A DNA stretch of 64,000 bases from Nitrososphaerota archaeon (GTDB lineage Archaea > Thermoproteota > Nitrososphaeria > Nitrososphaerales > Nitrosopumilaceae): contig JAGWFT010000002.1 of NCBI GenBank assembly GCA_028867755.1, forward strand, positions 96,001 to 160,000. The letters are read 5' to 3'. The notes below the pieces were generated by a model. That model searched no databases. It worked only from the letters and a program-made list of their open reading frames with translations, and was not told where the DNA came from. The stretch's first letter is position 1, and every line of letters starts with the position of its first letter. The position numbers were made by a program, and so were the translations under genes. Below, in pieces: positions 56,504-64,000 of this stretch.

Positions 56504-56815
56504 TTGGGAAAGCGTAAGGTGTTAAACGAAAGCGAACTGAAGGAAATGAAAATACCTGAAGAGGGAGAAATGCTTGGTAGAGTTATCAAACTATTAGGTA
56601 GTGATCACGTCTTGGTAAGATGTACTGATGAAAAAACAAGAATGGGAAGAATCCGTGGTAAACTGAAACGAAAAATATGGATCCGTGATAATGACATTGT
56701 TGTTATAGCACCTTGGGATTTCAAGGCAGATGATAGGGGAGATATCACATGGAGATACACATTGTCACAGGTAGATTGGTTAAAGGAAAACGGCCACTTG
56801 GCAAAAGATTTCTAA
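56504..56815 (+). CDS. eif1a: Translation initiation factor aIF-1A
   Basis: GRVIKLLG, RIRGKLKRKIWIRDND.V, WDF, WRYT. Confidence 0.96.
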   Translation: MGKRKVLNESELKEMKIPEEGEMLGRVIKLLGSDHVLVRCTDEKTRMGRIRGKLKRKIWIRDNDIVVIAPWDFKADDRGDITWRYTLSQVDWLKENGHLAKDF

Positions 56816-56852
56816 TAGCGCAATCAATTTTACCAAGTTTGTTTAATTCAAA

Positions 56853-57638
56853 ATGTTGACAGATGAACTTGAAAAAAAGTTAGCAAAAAGAATTGACGGT
56901 AAACTTTTAGAAAAAGAAAGAGAACGAAAATCAGAGAAAGATGGATTTGACAAGAACAAAGTTCTAGATGAGGTTTTTGACAAATCCACAATGATGACTC
57001 TTTCAGGACTAAAAAACTCTGGAACAATTTCTTATGTAAATGGTGCTGTAGGTTCAGGCAAAGAATCGAAAACATATTGGGCTGTTGGACCGTCTGGGAA
57101 GGATTTGGCATTGAAGATATATCTTGTAGCAACTTCGAACTTCAAAAAGAGATATCCGTATTTGCTGGGAGATCCTAGATTTACGAAAATAAGGAAAGGC
57201 ACAAGACATTTGGTTGAGCTTTGGGCACAAAAAGAGTTTGGGAACCTAACTCAATGCTTCAAGATGGGGTTGCCATGTGTAAAGCCTATAACTGTGATAA
57301 AAAATGTGCTTGTACTAGAGTTTGTAGGTAAAAATGGTGTACCTGAACCCACCCTGGTTGAGACTGAAGTTGATTACAAAGATTATGAAAATGCTATATC
57401 CATTATTGAAGACTTGTACAATAAGGCAAAGATAGTACATGCAGACTTTTCTGAATACAACATATTCAAGACAGAAAAAGGGCTACTAGTTTTTGATTTT
57501 GGATCTGCCATAGATATAAGACATCCTAATGCGATCAAATTTCTTGAGAGAGACATTAAAAATATAACTAAATTCTTTGTTAAAAGGGGATTGACAGTTA
57601 CAAATCCATCTGATATCGTAAAGAGGATAATGAAATGA
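56853..57638 (+). CDS. rio1: RIO1 kinase
   Basis: GSGKESKTY, ALKIY, WAQKEF.NL, VHADFSEYN, FDFGSA. Confidence 0.93.
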   Translation: MLTDELEKKLAKRIDGKLLEKERERKSEKDGFDKNKVLDEVFDKSTMMTLSGLKNSGTISYVNGAVGSGKESKTYWAVGPSGKDLALKIYLVATSNFKKRYPYLLGDPRFTKIRKGTRHLVELWAQKEFGNLTQCFKMGLPCVKPITVIKNVLVLEFVGKNGVPEPTLVETEVDYKDYENAISIIEDLYNKAKIVHADFSEYNIFKTEKGLLVFDFGSAIDIRHPNAIKFLERDIKNITKFFVKRGLTVTNPSDIVKRIMK

Positions 57639-58207
57639 TCTTTGAAAAAACCATTCTAGTACCTCTTGAAAGAGTAGGGGCTCTAATAGGAAAATCTGGA
57701 AGAATAAAGGCCAAGATAGAAAAAATATGTTCAGTTTCTTTATCAATCGATGGTCAAACAGGAGAGATTATTATTAGAGGAGCTGGTGATGTTGAAAATG
57801 TGTTGCCATTCAAAGCAGAAGAGATTGTACTGGCAATAGGTCGTGGGTTTTCTCCTGACAAAGCCATGCGACTTCTTGAAGGCGAAAACTCATTACATAT
57901 AATTGATTTACGAGAATTTGTGGGAAAATCAACAGCACAAATTGAACGAGTCAAGGGCAGAATAATAGGTGAAGGTGGAAGAGTTAGAAAAAATATTGAA
58001 GAACTAAGCGGAGCCACTCTCTCTGTTTATGGTCGCACTGTTGCTATAATTGGAGAAGGCAAGCAACTACGATCTGCTGTTCAAGCTATTACTGCTCTTT
58101 CAAATGGAAGTACTCATGGGAAAGTTTACAACGATCTTCAAGAATCAAGGAGAAGACAAAAGATGGAAAAATTACAACTCTGGGAAGGAGAAAACATCTT
58201 TGAGTAA
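57635..58207 (+). CDS. KH-domain pre-rRNA processing protein (Dim2/Pno1-like)
   Basis: GALIGKSG, IGRGFSP, GRIIGEGG, HGKVY. Confidence 0.9.
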   Translation: MIFEKTILVPLERVGALIGKSGRIKAKIEKICSVSLSIDGQTGEIIIRGAGDVENVLPFKAEEIVLAIGRGFSPDKAMRLLEGENSLHIIDLREFVGKSTAQIERVKGRIIGEGGRVRKNIEELSGATLSVYGRTVAIIGEGKQLRSAVQAITALSNGSTHGKVYNDLQESRRRQKMEKLQLWEGENIFE

Positions 58208-60035
58208 AGAAACCTTTAGCCAAATCTCGCCTAGTGAGTTTTTCTACAGAAATAGAGATCTTGCAGGCTTTAGTAATCCTACTAGGTCATTATACACATC
58301 AGTAAGAGAATTTGTAGAGAATGCGCTTGATGCATGTGATCAAAAGAAAATACTGCCAGACATACATTTATCCATAAAAGCAGTAGATCCTGAACAACCA
58401 GACCCAAAACATTATGTTTTAACGGTAAAAGACAACGGTCCTGGAATAGATCCAAAACATGTACCTCATGCGTTTGGAACTGTTCTTTATGGCTCAAAAT
58501 TTGGGCTCAAGCAGGCAAGAGGAATGTTTGGTCTTGGTGCTACAATGGCTATACTGTATGGTCAAATAACTACAAACAAACCAGTGACCGTCAAAAGCTG
58601 TTCTGATGGAAAAACAGTTGATGAATTTGTGATGTTGCTTGATATCCAGAAAAACAAACCTGTGATTTTAAAACATAACACAAAAGAGGCAACAAAGACA
58701 GGACTGTCTGTAAGTATAGTGCTTGAGGGAGATTACTCAAAAGCAGGATTGAAGGTACGTGATTATGTTTCACAAACATCGCTTATCACACCTTATGCTT
58801 CTATAACATTTGAAGATCCATCTGGCGAAAAATCACATTATCCAAGAATTGTAAAAGAAATGCCACCCCCACCTACAATAATCAAACCGCATCCACATGG
58901 TGTAGATGTTGAAACAATCAGGAGGATGATAGTAGATACTCATTATCAGATTCCTGTACTTGATGATAATATGATAGGGAAAGTAAAGAAGGAATTAGGT
59001 TTACAAAAGAAAAATCTTGGAACTAAAGATATGCTTGAAAGAGCACAGAAGAGATGGTCTGACCTATCAAGGCCTGTGAGAATAATAGTTTCCGTTATGT
59101 CATTTTTGAATGTAGATTTTGATGGGTTGCAGAAGATACGGATTGACGATATTGATGTTGCTAATAAAAAAATCACTTATTGGGATTTTGGTCAGTCACA
59201 ATCTCACGCAATAGATCTTGATCCAGAGAGTCCATACTATAAGCAACTTGCAAACACAGTTCAAGGAGATACTCTGCTTACCTTTCTGACTAAACGATTC
59301 CAAAGGATAGGGCCAACTACTGCAGAAAAATTCTGTGAATTTGCAAAATTAAAACCTGAAAGAAGGATAGGTAGTATGACCAACGAGGAATTAGTTAGAT
59401 TATCTGATGCACTGCAAAAATTCGATGATTTCCTGTCTCCTGACCCAAGCTGCTTGGCACCATTGGGAGAAGAACCTCTTTCTAAGGGAATTATGAAGTT
59501 TTTCAACCCTGAATTTGCTTCTGTAATGCAACGCAGTGCTTCTGCATATTCTGGATTTCCATTTGTAGTGGAGATGGGTATTGCATACGGGGGAGATATT
59601 CCATCATCTGGGCTCAAGGTATACCGCTTTGCCAACAGGATTCCTCTGCTTTATGATGAAGGAAGCGATGTTGTACTAAAGATTGTCAATGAAATGGATT
59701 GGAGTAGATACAAAGTAAAAGGAGATCCACCTCTTGTTATTGTCTCTCATATCTGCTCTACTAGAATTCCGTATAAGACTGTAGGAAAAGAAAACGTTGC
59801 AGATAGACCAGAACTTGAACGTGAACTAAAAAATGCGTTGCAATATTTAGCAAGAAAACTTGCTGTTCACATGTCAAGGCAGGGAGCAGCAGACATGGCA
59901 AAGAAAAGAGCAAACCTTTATGCAAAATATGTTCCACTTATCGCACAATTTGCAGCAGAATTGTCTGGAAAGAAAAAGGAACCAAATTATAAACAACTGA
60001 TAAAGATGGGAAGTGAATTTGAAGAACAAGTCTAA
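58200..60035 (+). CDS. top6B: DNA topoisomerase VI subunit B
   Basis: SEFFYRN, EFVENALDA, DNGPGI, GSKF, RGMFGLG, RFANRIPLLY; start moved to TTG 58200. Confidence 0.97.
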   Translation: MSKETFSQISPSEFFYRNRDLAGFSNPTRSLYTSVREFVENALDACDQKKILPDIHLSIKAVDPEQPDPKHYVLTVKDNGPGIDPKHVPHAFGTVLYGSKFGLKQARGMFGLGATMAILYGQITTNKPVTVKSCSDGKTVDEFVMLLDIQKNKPVILKHNTKEATKTGLSVSIVLEGDYSKAGLKVRDYVSQTSLITPYASITFEDPSGEKSHYPRIVKEMPPPPTIIKPHPHGVDVETIRRMIVDTHYQIPVLDDNMIGKVKKELGLQKKNLGTKDMLERAQKRWSDLSRPVRIIVSVMSFLNVDFDGLQKIRIDDIDVANKKITYWDFGQSQSHAIDLDPESPYYKQLANTVQGDTLLTFLTKRFQRIGPTTAEKFCEFAKLKPERRIGSMTNEELVRLSDALQKFDDFLSPDPSCLAPLGEEPLSKGIMKFFNPEFASVMQRSASAYSGFPFVVEMGIAYGGDIPSSGLKVYRFANRIPLLYDEGSDVVLKIVNEMDWSRYKVKGDPPLVIVSHICSTRIPYKTVGKENVADRPELERELKNALQYLARKLAVHMSRQGAADMAKKRANLYAKYVPLIAQFAAELSGKKKEPNYKQLIKMGSEFEEQV

Positions 60036-61116
60036 ACATAGAACATCAGAGGAAAAAAAGGAAAAACTTCTTTCCTTACTGCAAAAGCAAGGTCTTAACA
60101 TCTATGAAGATCTTGACCATGGAAAATTTCCGCAGTTTGTTATTCCAAGTAGATCTGTAAATAACATTGTCTACGACAAGAAACTAAGACAGTATATTCT
60201 TGGAAATGCAAGCGCAATCAGAAGCGCAAGAAACATGTCACAACTTCGTTCTTACACACAGCTAGCATGGCTTGCATTTTTTGTTAATAGATTAGTAAAA
60301 GAGGGCAAATCCTCTACACTGAGAGACATTTACTATTCATCGCAAGCATTCAGTATTGATTTTGAAGACCAGCCAGAATCAGATAATATCATAGTAGACT
60401 TGGAAGCTGTCACTTCAAGCCCTCGTGAAGAATTCCATATCTTTCCTGAGGAAAGAAGCAGTGTATTTGGAGATTTGACTATTGAATATACGGTACCAGG
60501 CTATGAAGGTAAAAGAATGAATCTTTCTGATCATCCTGATGGATATCTCATAGGGCCAAGTCTTAGTAGTGCAGAATTGGTGGATACTAGCGCTGAATTG
60601 GTCATCGCAATTGAGAAGGGTGGTCTTTTCACAAGATTTGTAGAAGAAAATGTACACAAAAAATTTAAGTCAATCATTGTGGATACTGCTGGTCAGGCTC
60701 CAAGATCTACACGAAATCTCTTGAGGAGACTGAATCAGGAAATGGGGTTACCAGTAGTAATTCTGGCTGACGGTGATGTATATGGTGAACATATTGCTAT
60801 GGTTATAAAATCTGGATCAGCTAATGCTGCACATTTACGTGAACTAACTGTCCCAGATGCCAAATGGCTTGGAGTGTGGGCTACTGATATTGAAAAATAC
60901 AAACTTCCAACCATTCCAATGACAGAGTCTGACATTAAAAGAATCTATGATTTACAAAAAGATCCAAGATATCAAGAAGGAAATTGGAAGAAACAATTAG
61001 AAGTCTTTCTAAAACTCAAACGAAAAGCAGAACTAGAGGCCTTCTCAAAATATGGCTTGACAAATATCACTGACAAATATCTTCCAGCAAAACTGGAAGA
61101 ATCAAAGAGCTTCTAA
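60013..61116 (+). CDS. top6A: DNA topoisomerase VI subunit A
   Basis: TLRDIYY, IEKGG, DGDVYG, K.ELEA. Confidence 0.96.
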   Translation: MNLKNKSKHRTSEEKKEKLLSLLQKQGLNIYEDLDHGKFPQFVIPSRSVNNIVYDKKLRQYILGNASAIRSARNMSQLRSYTQLAWLAFFVNRLVKEGKSSTLRDIYYSSQAFSIDFEDQPESDNIIVDLEAVTSSPREEFHIFPEERSSVFGDLTIEYTVPGYEGKRMNLSDHPDGYLIGPSLSSAELVDTSAELVIAIEKGGLFTRFVEENVHKKFKSIIVDTAGQAPRSTRNLLRRLNQEMGLPVVILADGDVYGEHIAMVIKSGSANAAHLRELTVPDAKWLGVWATDIEKYKLPTIPMTESDIKRIYDLQKDPRYQEGNWKKQLEVFLKLKRKAELEAFSKYGLTNITDKYLPAKLEESKSF

Positions 61117-61590
61117 TTTCTTTATTCTTAGCGTTAGTACACCATTTCTGTATTTGAAGTCGTGTATGGCCATATCTGGCGTCGCCTCAATTGGAACTTC
61201 CTTTGAAAAGTGACCTGAACCACGCACATACAAGATTCCGCTAATTAATCTCACAGTAACCTGATCCTCTGGACCTGGGACCTCTGCTACAAATACAATC
61301 TCATTATCGCCTTTAATTAGATCGTAGACCCAGTTCTTTGTTTCTGATTCTTTAGGCGCATATTGAGGCTGACTGTCTTTTGTCATTTTCTTGAGCACTC
61401 TTACCCAATAGATCATAATCACAGCTGTTATTCCAATTAAAATGAAGCTAACATATCCAGAATCATTTCTCAATGATAGTGCATATACGACTCCTAAGAA
61501 GAGCAAAACCATCAGTGGTATTATAAAATCAAACGATTTATCGTTAGAATATCGGTTTTTGTAGCTGGTCAATCTGTTCTGTATAAGCAA
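61102..61590 (-). CDS. Hsp20/alpha-crystallin protein with N-terminal TM helices
   Basis: Two TMs, then IVFVAEVPG...YRNGVLTLRI. Confidence 0.8.
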   Translation of the reverse strand: MLIQNRLTSYKNRYSNDKSFDFIIPLMVLLFLGVVYALSLRNDSGYVSFILIGITAVIMIYWVRVLKKMTKDSQPQYAPKESETKNWVYDLIKGDNEIVFVAEVPGPEDQVTVRLISGILYVRGSGHFSKEVPIEATPDMAIHDFKYRNGVLTLRIKKLEAL

Positions 61591-61660
61591 TCATCCATCC
61601 AAATATAAATACTCGTTGAATTTTCAAGATGATATTCTAGTTTATTCTCTGTAGGTATAC

Positions 61661-62236
61661 TTAATCGTTAATTGATGGGTTTGATGTTCCCCATCTCTTG
61701 AAAAGATCGTGCTCAATTCCAAATTGGTCAAGGCACTTTCCAACTACATGATTTAACAGGTCATCTACATTTTTTGGTTTGTTGTAAAATCCAGGCATTG
61801 CAGGTAGAATTACTATTCCTATTCTTGCAAGCTTTAACATGTTTTCAAGATGAATGCTTGTCAATGGGGTCTCTCTAGGAACAATTACCATCTTGCGAGA
61901 TTCTTTTATGGTTACACCAGCAGCTCGTGCAACAAGAGTCTCTTCATACCCATTAGCTATGCTTGAAAGTGTCTTCATACTGCAAGGTATTATGATCATT
62001 CCATCTGTTTTGTGCGTTCCACTTGAAACACTTGCAGCCATATTGGAATCTTCAGAATAGCTACCTGCTAATGATTTGACATATTTTAAATCAAAATCTG
62101 TTTCTAATGCCAGACATTTTTTAGCCCATTCTGTCATTATTAGATGAACATCAACATTACAGCGTTTTAGGACTTCAAGCATTCTTATTCCATAAACAAT
62201 GCCTGAACTACCTGTTATCCCTACTATTAGTCTCAT
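61661..62236 (-). CDS. ubiX: Flavin prenyltransferase
   Basis: VGITGSSG..YG, SSGT, PCSMKTL, RETP, LPAMPGFY. Confidence 0.96.
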   Translation of the reverse strand: MRLIVGITGSSGIVYGIRMLEVLKRCNVDVHLIMTEWAKKCLALETDFDLKYVKSLAGSYSEDSNMAASVSSGTHKTDGMIIIPCSMKTLSSIANGYEETLVARAAGVTIKESRKMVIVPRETPLTSIHLENMLKLARIGIVILPAMPGFYNKPKNVDDLLNHVVGKCLDQFGIEHDLFKRWGTSNPSIND

Positions 62237-62290
62237 AATAGAACTGATCACATTCGTTATTTAATTTCATAGTTTTGAGCATCTTTAATT

Positions 62291-62674
62291 ATGGCAAAAT
62301 TTGTCTCAGAATTTGTGAGTGTAAGCATAAATGACGTTGAAGAAAAACTTGCTTCAGAACTCAGATTATCTCCAATGCAAGCAAAAGTTTTCGTTTTGGT
62401 TGTAAAAGAAGGAAAAAGATCTGCAAATGATATTGCAAAAAGTCTTGGAATATCAGACTTGGAAGCATCTATGATTGCAAAAAGTCTTGTTGACTTGGGA
62501 GGTTTTATAGACATAACAAAGACAGAGTTTGAATCCATGCATCCAAGATTTGCTGTAGTTAATATGTATCGAAGAATGTGTTTGAGAGAAAATATTACTT
62601 TTAAAAAGAATTTATTGGTAGACAACATATCAATTATTTTAGAAAAACCATATGATGATGCAAGAACTAAATAG
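62291..62674 (+). CDS. TrmB-like HTH protein
   Basis: LSPMQAKVFVLVV..GKRSANDIAKSLGIS. Confidence 0.7.
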   Translation: MAKFVSEFVSVSINDVEEKLASELRLSPMQAKVFVLVVKEGKRSANDIAKSLGISDLEASMIAKSLVDLGGFIDITKTEFESMHPRFAVVNMYRRMCLRENITFKKNLLVDNISIILEKPYDDARTK

Positions 62675-62696
62675 AACTAAATATTGAGAAGGAACG

Positions 62697-63095
62697 ATGT
62701 CTGGAGAACAAGATTCCTGTAAACATGAGATAGTTTACTTTGGGGTTACTAACATAAACTATGAAAAAAGGACCATAGGTTCTGTAGACACTTGGCGTTG
62801 TGCAAAGTGCAAGAAAATCTTTTGTGAAGAAAAACAACTTGGAATTGAGAGTATTGTTGATTATGTAGGAATGCCAAAAATATCTTCAGATCAGAAATGG
62901 GCTGTTCTTCTGTGTAATCTGAAAAAACACAAGGAAAAATGGAAACTTGTTAAAATTAAAAAAGATGATGAAATTCAACATGAGTGTTTGGAAGAAAAAG
63001 TTGTTACTCTTAAAGTTAAAGACTTTAAAATAGAAGATGACAAGCACTGGAATTTTTTAATTGAAAACTCTGTAAATAAGGCAATAGAGATATAG
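62697..63095 (+). CDS. Hypothetical protein with Cys knuckle
   Basis: CKH...WRCAKCKKIF. Confidence 0.7.
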   Translation: MSGEQDSCKHEIVYFGVTNINYEKRTIGSVDTWRCAKCKKIFCEEKQLGIESIVDYVGMPKISSDQKWAVLLCNLKKHKEKWKLVKIKKDDEIQHECLEEKVVTLKVKDFKIEDDKHWNFLIENSVNKAIEI

Positions 63096-63103
63096 AATAT
63101 ACT

Positions 63104-63388
63104 ATGAATCTTGAGGTTCATATCAACAATGTGCATGGCAGTCAAATGGCAGCCAAAATAACAGGTATTTTTATCATAGATGGTAATTCCTTCAAGTTTA
63201 GCGCTATAGCCTTTGGAAGAATAGGGGGGCATAATATTGGGGCAAAGATTTCAAAATCTGTTCAAAAAGAATTGGCAAAACTCGGCTATGATGTAGATGA
63301 AGTAATAGGTGAACTGCAACAAAAGCTAGTTCATGGGGATATATCTCTCCCTGAGGGCCTTACAAAAGAATCCTTTGCAGATAGCTAA
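63104..63388 (+). CDS. Hypothetical protein
   Basis: 94-aa ORF in the same run of genes. Confidence 0.7.
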   Translation: MNLEVHINNVHGSQMAAKITGIFIIDGNSFKFSAIAFGRIGGHNIGAKISKSVQKELAKLGYDVDEVIGELQQKLVHGDISLPEGLTKESFADS

Positions 63389-64000
63389 AACCCTGCTTCT
63401 TCTAATGCCTTGGCACAAGAACAACTTCTTTGTTGAGGGATCAAGTCGAGAAGTATTCCAAGAAGATTCTTTGTGGTATGTACATTTTTTGAGAGCGTCT
63501 CTAAAACCTCTTTGGCAGTTACTGGCTTGTCTGCCCATACATCATAATCTGTAACAGTAGAAACTGAGACATAACATATTTGAGCCTCTCTTGCAAGCTG
63601 GCATTCTGGAACTAGGGTCATTCCTATGATGTCAGCTCCTATGACATTTTTGTAGAACTTGGACTCTGCTCTTGTAGAGAATCTCGGTCCTTCTATGCAA
63701 ACATAGGTAGCATCCTTATGCAAGTGCAAATCCATCTTTTTTGCAGCACTATATACTGAGGTCTGAAGCTCCGGACAAAAAGGATCAGCAACTGATATGT
63801 GGACTACCTTATTATCTTCATACAAAGTATATTTTCTTGATTTTGTAAAATCGATAAACTGAGTAGGAATTACAAAATCCCCAGGTTTTAATTTCTCTTG
63901 CAGGCTGCCAACAGCTGATGGTGCTATTATTCGCTTTATGCCCATTTCCTTGAAGGCCCAAATGTTTGCTCTAAAGTTTATCAGATGTGGAGGAATTGTA
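63385..64000 (-). CDS. mtnP: 5'-methylthioadenosine phosphorylase, 5'-partial
   Basis: Frame open to the window end ([20 protein letters not shown]); [30 protein letters not shown]. Confidence 0.95.
   Translation of the reverse strand, partial: TIPPHLINFRANIWAFKEMGIKRIIAPSAVGSLQEKLKPGDFVIPTQFIDFTKSRKYTLYEDNKVVHISVADPFCPELQTSVYSAAKKMDLHLHKDATYVCIEGPRFSTRAESKFYKNVIGADIIGMTLVPECQLAREAQICYVSVSTVTDYDVWADKPVTAKEVLETLSKNVHTTKNLLGILLDLIPQQRSCSCAKALEEAGF

Noticed and set aside
58860-59280. Long segment in topo VI-B suspected to be an intein
   Set aside because: No intein N-terminal Cys/Ser block or C-terminal His-Asn motif; more likely a lineage-specific insertion in the H2TH region.
1-64000. CRISPR array, rRNA, IS transposase or cas genes
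   Set aside because: No regularly spaced repeats, rRNA-like sequence or transposase/Cas motifs were found by eye.

Overview
A 64-kb chromosomal segment of an ammonia-oxidising archaeon (Nitrososphaerota, Nitrosopumilales; Nitrosotalea-like by inference from gene content and protein style). Most of it is housekeeping: coaD, trpS, pheST, pdxST, aconitase, valS, purAB, rtcB, rps11, rps17e, thiL, pyrF, uppS, aIF-2beta, aIF-1A, RIO1, topo VI A/B, ubiX, MTAP, a histone and three tRNAs (Trp with two introns, Thr-CGT, Cys-GCA). The accessory part is a ~12.2-kb integrated element (5107-17262) bounded by a 14-bp direct repeat, TTTAAAAAGTCTTT. The repeat coincides with what looks like a shared bidirectional TATA box of the divergent trpS and pheS genes. 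The element encodes a tyrosine integrase, a wHTH regulator and one operon containing a surface-anchored protein, a highly divergent tubulin/FtsZ-like protein, a HerA/VirD4-like ATPase fused to a wHTH + PD-(D/E)xK (relaxase-like) module, a ~7-TM protein and a 2-TM pilin-sized protein. It also carries a multidomain GmrSD-type defence gene, a RelBE-type pair, phased ACTAT repeats and a ~420-bp GC-rich hairpin array with a duplicated, covarying structural motif. My inference is a small, possibly undescribed archaeal DNA-transfer or segregation system. All family assignments come from reading motifs by eye; no database searches were run.
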